A DNA stretch of 61,321 nucleotides, taken from NCBI GenBank assembly GCA_041482195.1, contig JBGPDH010000001.1:1-61321 (forward strand). Reading direction: 5' to 3'. Origin of the DNA: Verrucomicrobiia bacterium. GTDB lineage: Bacteria > Verrucomicrobiota > Verrucomicrobiia > Limisphaerales > UBA11358. A program made the position numbers and the translations under genes. Under the pieces are notes generated by a model. That model was not told the DNA's origin and did no database searches. It worked only from the letters and a program-made list of their open reading frames with translations. Shown in pieces: positions 7,377 through 16,313 of this stretch. The first letter of the stretch is position 1. Every line of letters begins with the position of its first letter.

Positions 7377-9434
7377 TTACGGGGTGCGCTGGATACGGAA
7401 GAATTGAGGTGCATCCAGAGTATTGGTCCTGAAAGTGAAATGATCGCCGCTGGCCATCACATTGCTGGCCAGTGGCGTCCAGGTAGTCAGATTCGACGAA
7501 ACCTCGATATTGTACGAGCGGTTACTCTGTGATTCCCACGACAACGAGACCATGTCGTTCGTTATCCCCACGGATAGCAGGTGGAATGGCACTTCGAATG
7601 GATTGCCAAAAAGCATTATTACCGGCAGATGATCGGAGGCTGTTTTGTCGTCGCTGCCGTACAAACCGGCCGGCGGCGGATTCAGTAAATCGGTGCGGAA
7701 AACCTGACTGCCGACGACGTTGGAGGCGAGTAAAGCACAGGGCAGGATATAATCGTATCGTCGAGTGAGGCCATTGGTGTCCTGAATAGACCAGGTCTGT
7801 TCGCTGCCGGTGAACAGGTTGACTGGAGTGGCCAGTCGCAAACCGGTCGGGACATTGACCAATCGCGGCAGGGTGTGCAGGGTGCCGACCGGCGGCCGGA
7901 GAAGATCTTCATTGAAATCACCACTCAGCACGTATGGCTGTTGACCCTGGGCCGGAAGATATACGGTGGCAAAATAATTTGAAATGGCGCTCGCCTCTGC
8001 CGTCCGTTTCGCGGAGGCATCGGCGTCCTGACCCGATTTCAGGTGCACGGTAAACACATGCAGCGGCTGCGGAAAGCCGGGAACGGAAATTTCAGCCTCA
8101 AACAAATCGCGGGTGAAGCCCGAATTGGTGTAGCCGAAGGGTGAGAGATCGCAACCGTGCAACCAGCTGCGAGAGGCGACGATGGGAAAGCGGCTGAGAA
8201 TGACACTCCGGATAAACCCGTCATCCGTGGAATTAGTAACAAGGTGATAACCCGGCCGAAAGGCGGTGACAAAATCCGTCATCCGGGCCGTGCAATCGTT
8301 GGTCACCGGAATCTCCTGGAAGGTCAGAATATCGGGGTTAAGAAATTGCACCTGGCGGCCGATGGCCTGCACGTGCCACATGTTGGTACTCCAGTTCGTG
8401 AGGCCGTTGCCATGAAGATTGTAAGTAACCAAGGAAATTGCCGGGACCGAAGCGCGCCAGACGTCGAGGACCGCCGGGCTGCTACTGGCCGAACCGAGCG
8501 CGTTGCTGATCACGACGGAGTAGAGGCCGGCTTGCGCGAAGGTAACGCCCGTCAAAGTAAGATTGGTGCTCACCTGCCCGGGAAGATTGGTTGCGTCCAT
8601 TCCAACATTGGATGCGGGGGTGAATTGCCACTGATAAATCGGTGGCGGAAGCCCATCGGCGCTCACGCTGAAAGTGACGTTGGCGCCATTGGTCGCGACC
8701 TGATTTTTCGGTGGGGAAATAATGACGGGCCGCTCCAACGGCGGCGCATTGGTTACCACGTCACAAAACGTCGTGCCCACACGTACGTCATCAACATACA
8801 AACTGCCGATTGTCCCCGAAACACCGTCCTCCCGGAAACCATAGCAGGTAATTGTTTGAGCAGAGGTTCCATCGGTTGCGGTCACACCGGGGTCGGTTTC
8901 CGCGGATGGGTTGACCCAGAGAGTGGCCACAGAGTTGCTCACCACCAGGCGCACCACCAGGGTGTAATCAGTGTTGGTCTGTAAATCGGCGCCGAAAACA
9001 GCCGAAGGCAAACTGCCGCTGTTGGCAAGGCCAACCCGGAAAGCACCGGCTGCCGCATCCACGGTCTGCGCAAAAATCCGGGCGCGGAAATCCAAGCCAC
9101 CTCCCTTGAATTCGGCGAAATAACTGCCGCTGCTGGATGGCAGGCTGGCGTAATCGATTTTGAAGCTCACATACAGGACCGCGCCTGACGTGGAGACATA
9201 GGGTTGACCCGCCAGCGCTGCCTGTACGTCTTCGCTATTTGTCTTGCTCAAGAAAATCCGGTCGGAAATAACGTTCACCTGGCCACTGCTCCCGCTGTAA
9301 GTAGTCCACGGACTGTCCACCGCCGCAACGAGGGGACCGTTGGAATAATTGAAGTTATCGTCCAACAAAAGAATCGCGTCCGCCGAGGAAGCGGAAATCA
9401 AAAAAACCAACATACCAAAACTGGTCCTTCTCAC
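7377..9434 (-). CDS. Secreted multidomain endonuclease/exonuclease/phosphatase (EEP) family protein with an Ig-like domain
   Basis: Signal peptide, then an N-terminal beta-sandwich region. Ig I-set-like PVIISPPKNQVATNGANVTFSVSADGLPPPIYQWQF. EEP core LVTYNLHGNG ... ILTFQEIP ... ASDHLPVIMLF. C-terminal W...FFRI module. Confidence 0.8.
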   Translation of the reverse strand: MRRTSFGMLVFLISASSADAILLLDDNFNYSNGPLVAAVDSPWTTYSGSSGQVNVISDRIFLSKTNSEDVQAALAGQPYVSTSGAVLYVSFKIDYASLPSSSGSYFAEFKGGGLDFRARIFAQTVDAAAGAFRVGLANSGSLPSAVFGADLQTNTDYTLVVRLVVSNSVATLWVNPSAETDPGVTATDGTSAQTITCYGFREDGVSGTIGSLYVDDVRVGTTFCDVVTNAPPLERPVIISPPKNQVATNGANVTFSVSADGLPPPIYQWQFTPASNVGMDATNLPGQVSTNLTLTGVTFAQAGLYSVVISNALGSASSSPAVLDVWRASVPAISLVTYNLHGNGLTNWSTNMWHVQAIGRQVQFLNPDILTFQEIPVTNDCTARMTDFVTAFRPGYHLVTNSTDDGFIRSVILSRFPIVASRSWLHGCDLSPFGYTNSGFTRDLFEAEISVPGFPQPLHVFTVHLKSGQDADASAKRTAEASAISNYFATVYLPAQGQQPYVLSGDFNEDLLRPPVGTLHTLPRLVNVPTGLRLATPVNLFTGSEQTWSIQDTNGLTRRYDYILPCALLASNVVGSQVFRTDLLNPPPAGLYGSDDKTASDHLPVIMLFGNPFEVPFHLLSVGITNDMVSLSWESQSNRSYNIEVSSNLTTWTPLASNVMASGDHFTFRTNTLDAPQFFRIQRTP

Positions 9435-9479
9435 AAGGATTGCCGGACAGCATCTCAGGTTGCGGACAGGTGTAAAGAG

Positions 9480-10187
9480 TCACCGCTTAGTTATAAATTC
9501 CGGTTGCGAATACTTTTGTTCGGCTAATAACAGCGCCCGCGCCTGCAGCCGCGCATTCGGCTCAAAATCCGACCAGACCATCCCCGCGGCCGAACTTCCC
9601 GTGTCGCGCATGGCCTGTTCCCAATCGGCCCGAGCCGAAGAAATCGGCGACGGCTGTACCGAGCCCTGGATCAACAGACCCTGTCGATTTCGCCGTTGTG
9701 CCGCGCCTGCGATTTTTTTCCCTTTCCAGAGCAGATCCGACTTCACATAACCGACAAAACACGCACTGGGAAGTGACGAGTGACGCGCGCCGGGTGTCGA
9801 GTGCCGGAAAGAGGGCGCCAGTCCGGTTTCGATTTCTAATTGTGCAAATGCGGATTGAATCCACTCGTGGACGCGCCGGTAACTTTCTTCAGCCTTGAAA
9901 GAATACCATTCGTGATCGGGCGGAAAAACGAGGCTGTAGGTCCAATCCGCGTTGTGCGGCACGATGCCGCCACCGGTCGGACGCCGGATCAGCGGGCGTA
10001 GCGGGGTCGCGCTTTCCACATGGGTAAATTTTTGGAAATAACCAAACGTAGCGGCCGGTTCATTCCAGCCGTAAAATCGCAGCACCGGTCGACCCAAAAG
10101 CGCCGCCGCTTCCAGCAACGCCTCGTCCAACGCCATGTTGAAGGCCGGGTTGCACTTTCCGGAATTGAGGTGAAGCCACAAGCTCAC
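9480..10187 (-). CDS. Lipoate/biotin protein ligase (BPL/LPL catalytic domain) family protein
   Basis: NPAFNMALDEALLEAA ... RFYGWNEPAATFGYFQ ... WKGKKIAGAAQRR (catalytic Lys context). Confidence 0.8.
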   Translation of the reverse strand: MSLWLHLNSGKCNPAFNMALDEALLEAAALLGRPVLRFYGWNEPAATFGYFQKFTHVESATPLRPLIRRPTGGGIVPHNADWTYSLVFPPDHEWYSFKAEESYRRVHEWIQSAFAQLEIETGLAPSFRHSTPGARHSSLPSACFVGYVKSDLLWKGKKIAGAAQRRNRQGLLIQGSVQPSPISSARADWEQAMRDTGSSAAGMVWSDFEPNARLQARALLLAEQKYSQPEFITKR

Positions 10188-10195
10188 GAACCGAT

Positions 10196-10273
10196 TGTAG
10201 CGACGACGTGAGGAGTCTCAAACTCGATTCGCTGTCCTGTAAAAGGAAATGAGCCTCCTCACGTCGGCTCCTA
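10196..10273. repeat. Family-2 hairpin element
   Basis: GTAGCGACGACGTGAGGAGTCTC (10196-10218) and GAGCCTCCTCACGTCGGCTCCTAC (10250-10273) are inverted copies with about 20/24 matches and a 31-nt spacer. Confidence 0.75.
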
Positions 10274-10275
10274 CT

Positions 10276-10950
10276 TCACACCAATTGGGGACACAACTTT
10301 TTAATTTCGCAATGCGCACAATCGGGTTTGCGCGCGAAACAACGTCGGCGGCCATGCCAGATGAGCCAATGACTGAACAAGGTCCATTGCTTCTGCGGCA
10401 CCAGCGTCATCAATTCCTGCTCAATCTTTTCCGGCGTGTTTTGTTTCGTTAACCCGAGCCGATTAGACAACCGCGCGACATGGGTGTCTACGACAACACC
10501 GATGTTGATGTTAAACGCGTTGCCTAAAACGACGTTGGCTGTTTTTCGTCCGACGCCACCGAGCTGAATCAGTTCTTCCATCGTTTGCGGCACCTTCCCG
10601 CCGTGTTTTTCAACGATAGCCTGGCAGGCTGCCTTGATGTTGCGCGCCTTGTTGCGAAAGAAACCAGTGGTCTTGATCGCCTGTTCCAAATCGGCCAGCG
10701 GCGCATTCGCATAATCTGCTGCGGAGCGGTAGTGTTTGAACAAATCCTGCGTAACGATATTGACGCGCTTGTCGGTACATTGCGCCGAGAGAATTGTAGC
10801 GATGAGCAATTCCAGAGGATTGCGGTGATCCAGTTCACAATGCGCCTCGGGATAAGTACGGTCGAGCGCGGCGATGATTTTCTCCAGTCGCGTGATCCTG
10901 GCCTTGAGTGTTTCGCGATACACAACTTCCTTACAAATCCCGGTAAACAT
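10276..10950 (-). CDS. nth: Endonuclease III (DNA glycosylase/AP lyase)
   Basis: HhH-GPD signature LIQLGGVGRKTANVVL, catalytic D in VVDTHV, and the 4Fe-4S cluster loop CFARKPDCAHCEIKKLC. Confidence 0.93.
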   Translation of the reverse strand: MFTGICKEVVYRETLKARITRLEKIIAALDRTYPEAHCELDHRNPLELLIATILSAQCTDKRVNIVTQDLFKHYRSAADYANAPLADLEQAIKTTGFFRNKARNIKAACQAIVEKHGGKVPQTMEELIQLGGVGRKTANVVLGNAFNINIGVVVDTHVARLSNRLGLTKQNTPEKIEQELMTLVPQKQWTLFSHWLIWHGRRRCFARKPDCAHCEIKKLCPQLV

Positions 10951-11197
10951 CGCGCCGATGTCGGATTATCGCGATGTCGGCCGTTCGGGAAAAATCATTT
11001 ATCGAATAGACCACGCGATAGTCTCCGACGCGAAGTCGCCAGAGATTCTTACTTCCTTGAAGTCTAACCACGCCGGGCAATCGAGGATTTTCAGCCAATG
11101 CTTCGATTTTGCGCAAGATCCGGTTGGCGACAGTAGCAGGCAGATTTTCCAACTCCTTGCGCGCTGAACGCGCAAATGTGATGGCGTAATCAGCCAT
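10931..11197 (-). CDS. RelE/ParE-family type II toxin
   Basis: 88 aa: ITFARSARKELENLP ... LQGSKNLWRLRVGDYRVVYSI ... IIRHRRDVY. The start overlaps the upstream antitoxin by 8 nt (ATGGCTGA). Confidence 0.85.
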   Translation of the reverse strand: MADYAITFARSARKELENLPATVANRILRKIEALAENPRLPGVVRLQGSKNLWRLRVGDYRVVYSINDFSRTADIAIIRHRRDVYRDL

Positions 11198-11381
11198 TGC
11201 CCTTGCGTTTCAGTTTCAAACGACGTTTCACGGATTCGAGGCTCGCGCGCGGCTCACGCGCGCGTGATACAGCCACCAAGGTGTCGTAAAAATCCTCCCA
11301 CATGCGACCATGCCGTTGCAGGTCGATGACGGCAGCGGTTTTCCGTCCACGCTCATCCACCACGAAAGCAATTCCGCTCAT
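11190..11381 (-). CDS. Putative antitoxin of the RelE/ParE pair
   Basis: A 63-aa ORF immediately upstream of, and overlapping, the toxin gene, with a basic C-terminal tail. The assignment rests on position and size only. Confidence 0.6.
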   Translation of the reverse strand: MSGIAFVVDERGRKTAAVIDLQRHGRMWEDFYDTLVAVSRAREPRASLESVKRRLKLKRKGNG

Positions 11382-11475
11382 AGATACAATCTGACAGAAA
11401 AATGCCGGAAGTAAATTCCGAAGTCATTTCCTTTCGTTGCCCTTTATTGCGTGAAATCCAATTTCGCGTGGAGGC

Positions 11476-12318
11476 TTATACCCGCAGATAGACGTAAATG
11501 GCAAAAACGACGGCGGCGAGGCCGGCGGCGGCGGCCAACGTCCAGAGCAGATTTCGTTGCCGCGCGGCCATGGCGAAGGTGGAGACGATGATGCCGGCCT
11601 GCGCGGCGAGCATGCCAAAGAAAAATTTCTGGCTGCGACGGTGGTGTCGCTCCGCCGAGAGGTTCGCCTTGCGGACTTGTAGTTCCAGCAGATAGCCGAT
11701 GTTCTGGTTCAAGCCGGCTTCAGCATCGTAGCGCAGGCCGGAGAAGCGCATTTTAGCGGCGGCCAAATTCCGGGCGGCGGACTTATCACCGGCGGGCAGC
11801 GACTTTTCAAGCTGCGCAATGGCTTGATTGGCCGGGGCGAGCGCGGCATCAAAATCCCGCGTCTGATCGCGGGCGGCTTGCAGTGCCGCAGCGAGAGTTT
11901 GGTCATCCACCAGTTTCAAGTCCCCGGCGATTTCGGTTTCGGGCTTCTCTGTCTCAACCGCTGCGAGCGCGGTCTGCAGATTTGGGTCCAGCGTGAGCGG
12001 GGCAAGGGAAGGAATTTCTTCCAGCGCCGGATTTTCGATCGGGTGGACGTCCGTGGTGGCCTGGAGGAGTTCCAGCGAGTTGCGCTGCATGGCGCCGCGC
12101 AGTTTCTTGGCCTGGAAATAACCCCACTGGTCACCGGCCTTGGATTGAAGTTGCGCGCCAAAAGCGCGGTCGTATTGGGCGCGGGTCATCTCGCTGGAGG
12201 CGAGTCCGGCCAGCAACGTGGCGATGACTGTCATCACGATGGGCGTGGCCGAGAGAATTTTGCCCCACTTGGTTTGGGGGATATCCTTCTTCAATTCTTC
12301 AGGGATCGTGACTTTCAT
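11476..12318 (-). CDS. Membrane protein, DUF4337-like
   Basis: N-terminal TM segment, then KAGDQWGYFQAKKLRG, a long helical insert, and C-terminal HHRRSQKFFFGMLAAQAGIIVSTFAMAA plus a final TM. This is my recollection of the DUF4337 layout. Confidence 0.5.
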   Translation of the reverse strand: MKVTIPEELKKDIPQTKWGKILSATPIVMTVIATLLAGLASSEMTRAQYDRAFGAQLQSKAGDQWGYFQAKKLRGAMQRNSLELLQATTDVHPIENPALEEIPSLAPLTLDPNLQTALAAVETEKPETEIAGDLKLVDDQTLAAALQAARDQTRDFDAALAPANQAIAQLEKSLPAGDKSAARNLAAAKMRFSGLRYDAEAGLNQNIGYLLELQVRKANLSAERHHRRSQKFFFGMLAAQAGIIVSTFAMAARQRNLLWTLAAAAGLAAVVFAIYVYLRV

Positions 12319-12328
12319 GGGGCGATAA

Positions 12329-14650
12329 TTATTTTGCCGGGACAGCGTTGGACGCCGTGGAATCCGCGGGCGGTGCCGTAACGGCGGTGGTGGATGTGGT
12401 CACTGACACTGGACCGGGATTGGCCGGCTTGTCGGTTTTGCTCTGCGCCTTTTGGAGATCGAGCAGCTTTTGGACTTCCACCGACGGCTTGCCGCATTTG
12501 CCGTCCGTCCAACGGTAGAGCCGGCCCTGGCTGTCATTGAGAAAGGCCCAAATAAACCAGACGACAAACGCGACGAACAACAGTTTGGGCCAGACGGAGG
12601 GTTTCTCAGCATATTTGTCCGCCGCGCTAAAGGTGGATCCCGGCGGCAAAGCCGCCACACCCGTCAACGCACCACCGAACGGCACATTCATTTTCGCCTT
12701 GGCATTCACGGCCCAGCCGTTGGCATCGAGAATCGGGCCGAGATTGCGTTTGCGCAATTTCAACCAGGCGATGGCCATGGACGGAGCGGAAATAACCAGC
12801 AAGATACCGGTGATGACCAGCGGGATCTGCCACGGTTCAAATCCTTTAAGGAAACCCAGCAGGCCGGCAAACGCCGCCGCCAAAGTGCCCAAGGCCAGAC
12901 TGAGCAGGGCGATGACGCTTGGATCAAATGCCGGTTTTGCCGGTGCTGCCGGTGCCGCTGGTGCCGCCGGGTTGGCCGGGACGAGGGGTGCATTGGCAAC
13001 GGTTGTCAATTGCGCGTTGGCGCTGGCATCCGCGGCAGCCGCCTGCTTGGCGGCGCGCTCCTCAATCATGCGGACCAGCTTTTTATAGGGCGACCAGAAT
13101 GCCTGCCGGATGCTGATCGGGTTATCCACAATCCTGGTAATGGTGGCGTCCCAGTCGCGGCCTTTGCGATCATAGAAAATGCCGTTGCGACCCACGATGA
13201 GATTGTCCGAATCCCCGCCGGTGAACGCGGCGACAATGGACAATTTCTCGCCGCTGCCTTTGCGTGCGCAATCACAATACGCGAGGTAGGTGCCGGCCAT
13301 GCCTGCCATGGCAGCGTGCTTGCCGGCGTCATTCACAATGAGGCACAAGTCACAACTGCGCTGGTCGAGATAAAGCGTGCCCGCCTGGAAAATGGCCTTG
13401 TCTTTCCGGCCATAAAAATCGGCGAAGTTGACAAAGTTGCGGCAGAGCTTTGCGAGGTCGCGATGATAATGAATCAGCCGGTGCAGGCCGATGACCGCGA
13501 CGGAATTACCTTCCTCGTTCTTGTCCCTGGTGATGAGCGCGGTCAAAGTTTCCTTCGCCTTGCTGGCAAGAATTTCGCGGGCGCGCTTCAGCCCGATTTT
13601 TTCGACGGAACCGCCGGTCTTGCCTGCGTTCCAGGCATCGAAAGCAGCGAGTTTACCGACCAGCGCATTCCAATCCGCCTCGGTCAGCACCGACCTGGCG
13701 CCGAGCAGTGGCACGATGGCATTGGTTTGCAGCGCGGCAATGGCATTGGCCCACGCTGGATTGAGGCCTTGAGTCAACGGCAACGGCGTAGTGGCTCCGA
13801 CTTGCGCCAGCGGCAAGCTGGCAATGTCGGCGTGCGTGTTGCTCAGATCTTTGGCACTCAACGCGGCATAGTCCTTCTCGTCGCGGTTCAGCGCGTTGAT
13901 TGAGCGCGGATCGAAAGCAGCCAGCCGTCCGCGCGTAAAATAGTCGTCCACCTTCGCCTTGACGGCCCGGACGGCACCAGAAGCGGCTTCGGTGTTCACG
14001 CCCAACGGCAGCACAGCGGCGTCGCCTTCGGCCTTTTTCCACCAATCAGAATAAGCCGCGGCGTCAGAGAAAAACCGATCCACTTTGGCCTGGCTGACGC
14101 CGGGCTTGCCACTCACGTCGGCGTCCGCGTCGAGGCAGTTGATGATGTCGGCGATGACGGCTTTGGTCGCTTCATCGCTGGCGGAATCCGCCGGTATGAT
14201 GCCATCGCCATTGAATGGTTTGGCGGCGAAGGTCTGCGCGGCGGCGGCGGCTTCGTCAAAGGTGACCTCCCCTGTATCTGACTTGCCCAGAACCTGCCGG
14301 GCGAAATTGGCGATCAATTTGCCTTCCGGGGTGGCGTCATTGATGGCGGATGGCCGCAGGGTAGGGCTGCCGCTGAGCAGATCATCCGGGTTTTTCATCA
14401 GGCCGGCGGCCCACTTGGCAGCGGCAATGAGTTCCGGCACGCGGACGCGCCCGTCTTTGTCGGTGTCAATCAACGCGAGCGTGGTGTTGTCGAATTCGAC
14501 GCCCGTGGTGGGACACGCCAGCGCTACCCAAAGCTTCTGGTCGAGCTGGTCCAGGTTCAGGAGGTCGGCGCCGGAACCGATGATGACCTGATTAAAGCCG
14601 CCGGCGCGGAAAAACCGCCAGCGATGAGGGGTTGTCGTGGCATTTGGCAT
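12329..14650 (-). CDS. Large membrane-anchored protein with an N-terminal canonical EF-hand, function unknown
   Basis: EF-hand loop DTDKDGRVRVPE (nt 14432-14467), a soluble region of about 560 aa, a Pro/Ala linker, and three predicted TM segments near the C-terminus (VIALLSLALGTLAAAFAGLLGFL, IPLVITGILLVISAPSMAIAWL, LLFVAFVVWFIWAFL). Confidence 0.7.
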   Translation of the reverse strand: MPNATTTPHRWRFFRAGGFNQVIIGSGADLLNLDQLDQKLWVALACPTTGVEFDNTTLALIDTDKDGRVRVPELIAAAKWAAGLMKNPDDLLSGSPTLRPSAINDATPEGKLIANFARQVLGKSDTGEVTFDEAAAAAQTFAAKPFNGDGIIPADSASDEATKAVIADIINCLDADADVSGKPGVSQAKVDRFFSDAAAYSDWWKKAEGDAAVLPLGVNTEAASGAVRAVKAKVDDYFTRGRLAAFDPRSINALNRDEKDYAALSAKDLSNTHADIASLPLAQVGATTPLPLTQGLNPAWANAIAALQTNAIVPLLGARSVLTEADWNALVGKLAAFDAWNAGKTGGSVEKIGLKRAREILASKAKETLTALITRDKNEEGNSVAVIGLHRLIHYHRDLAKLCRNFVNFADFYGRKDKAIFQAGTLYLDQRSCDLCLIVNDAGKHAAMAGMAGTYLAYCDCARKGSGEKLSIVAAFTGGDSDNLIVGRNGIFYDRKGRDWDATITRIVDNPISIRQAFWSPYKKLVRMIEERAAKQAAAADASANAQLTTVANAPLVPANPAAPAAPAAPAKPAFDPSVIALLSLALGTLAAAFAGLLGFLKGFEPWQIPLVITGILLVISAPSMAIAWLKLRKRNLGPILDANGWAVNAKAKMNVPFGGALTGVAALPPGSTFSAADKYAEKPSVWPKLLFVAFVVWFIWAFLNDSQGRLYRWTDGKCGKPSVEVQKLLDLQKAQSKTDKPANPGPVSVTTSTTAVTAPPADSTASNAVPAK

Positions 14651-14781
14651 AGGAATCCTTTTTTGATGTTATTGGTTTAAGGCACAACCGGCATAAGTTC
14701 AAGGAGCAATAAAATTGAGCAGCTCAACCACGACCGGAACCAGCATGCCAGTCCGTCAGCCCACCTGCCGGGCCATCCCGG

Positions 14782-15552
14782 TTAGAACTTGTAACCGATA
14801 GCCACCACCAGTTTGAGGTCGTTGCATTTGAAGCCGGGCGCGGGAACGTTGTTATAGTTGTCATAGAAGAAAACACCCAGGGTTGCTTTCTTATCCGCGG
14901 TGATATCCGTGTCGACGCCGGCCAGGAAGTTGACGATGTAATTTTTGAGATAAGTCGCCTGGGGCAGCCATTCGGCCGTCTGGGTAAACCGGGCGCGGTC
15001 GGTCAACTTGTAGTGAAACTTTTCACCTACCCGCACCGCGGCGTAGTTGTCGATATTGCCACCCACGTTTTCCCAAATATAGGCGGGGCCGACTTCAAGA
15101 CTGAGATCCGTGTTCGTGTTGTTGACGAAGTAATAGCCAACACCAGGGCTCACGGTTGCGCGGTAATAAATGTCTGCGACGTCGTCAAACATTCCATCCA
15201 CTCGACCGTATCCATAAAAGCGCTCGGTGAACAGGCGATTGTATTGGGCGAATCCATGGGCCGAATTGGCGTTGACCGTATTCTGTCCATTCACGGTGGA
15301 TTCGCCGTAAGTGGCATCGGCACCAAAACTCAACTCATTTTCGGTCCACTTCTTGCGCGTGCCGGCGGTGAGCGTGGCCAGGAGGGTTTCACTATTGCCG
15401 CGGGTCAGCGTAAATCCCAACGCCGCGATGCTTTCCCACTGCGGTTTCTTCTCTACTGCGGGCGGGACATTGGTTTGAGTTTGGGCTTGAACCGAAAGCA
15501 CGCTGGTCACTGACAGTGCAACCAGCGTCCACAATCGGATGATTCTTTTCAT
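14782..15552 (-). CDS. Outer-membrane beta-barrel protein, DUF481-like
   Basis: Signal peptide ending SVQAQ, an alternating beta-strand pattern, GFTLTRGNSETL motif, and a terminal aromatic residue (GYKF). Confidence 0.6.
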   Translation of the reverse strand: MKRIIRLWTLVALSVTSVLSVQAQTQTNVPPAVEKKPQWESIAALGFTLTRGNSETLLATLTAGTRKKWTENELSFGADATYGESTVNGQNTVNANSAHGFAQYNRLFTERFYGYGRVDGMFDDVADIYYRATVSPGVGYYFVNNTNTDLSLEVGPAYIWENVGGNIDNYAAVRVGEKFHYKLTDRARFTQTAEWLPQATYLKNYIVNFLAGVDTDITADKKATLGVFFYDNYNNVPAPGFKCNDLKLVVAIGYKF

Positions 15553-15613
15553 AAGTTTCCCGATTGGCTGCCAGCCTGAACCATCTCAAGCGTTGGAATG
15601 GCCGGTTGGACGT

Positions 15614-16111
15614 TTACTTGCCCAACAGATTGCCAACACTGTTGACCGCGTTGGACACCGTCTGATTCGACATAAGGTTTTGGATTTGCGTCTTGAGATC
15701 GTCCACTGTTTTCTGTTGTTCTGGTGTCAGCTGGAAATTGCTCAATTGCTTCAAGGTGTCCAGCGCGTCCTGGTATTTCTTTTCCCCAACCAGATTCTTT
15801 GCCTGATCAATCAGATTTTGAACCTCGGTCGCAGCGGCTTCCGTCTGGGTTGAAGCCGTCGTAACTGCCTGCGTTACCGCTTGAGTCACTGGCGCAACCG
15901 CCTGCGATACCGCCTGGGTGGTTGCTGTGGCCGCAGTTTGTTCAGCCGTCGTCACTACGGGGGCGGCTTCCGAGGTATTGGTCACCGCACTTTCAACAGC
16001 TTTCGGCACTTCCGTCGTTGAAGGAGTCGAGGCTTCTTTATTTCCACAACCGCCGAGCAAGGCGGCAATCAGACACGAGACAAAACCAGCACCAATCATT
16101 TTAATTTTCAT
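15614..16111 (-). CDS. Lipoprotein, low-complexity Thr/Ala/Gln/Val-rich
   Basis: Lipobox LLGGC, a QAV(T/S) repeat region, and a helical C-terminal half. Confidence 0.7.
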   Translation of the reverse strand: MKIKMIGAGFVSCLIAALLGGCGNKEASTPSTTEVPKAVESAVTNTSEAAPVVTTAEQTAATATTQAVSQAVAPVTQAVTQAVTTASTQTEAAATEVQNLIDQAKNLVGEKKYQDALDTLKQLSNFQLTPEQQKTVDDLKTQIQNLMSNQTVSNAVNSVGNLLGK

Positions 16112-16313
16112 ATGCAGTCCTCTCTATTTTTTACGCCACCGGATCCATCAACGACCACCGGCACATTTTATCATTTGAAACGTTGAAAATCGCTCTTAAA
16201 ATACTAAAGCGTCCTAATTATAAGAAGATACAAACTAAAGTAAACACAAATAAAGAAAAGGAATGCCTCTTCGGTGCTTACCGCTTCCCGGGGAAGCGAA
16301 GATGGCCTCGAGA

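Noticed and set aside
10249-10452. 67-aa ORF starting MSLLTSAPTS.
   Set aside because: It starts inside the family-2 repeat arm and then runs antisense to the 3' end of nth, so it is repeat-derived spurious sequence.
12452-13903. 483-aa ORF on the plus strand, antisense to the EF-hand membrane-protein gene. Similar long shadow ORFs occur at 8157-8984, 25058-26011, 31289-32197, 34846-35784, 47321-48421, 49149-49856 and 57123-57896.
   Set aside because: They lie entirely inside much better supported genes on the opposite strand. Their translations are Arg/Gly/His-rich low-complexity sequence with no motifs, as is typical of shadow ORFs in GC-rich DNA.
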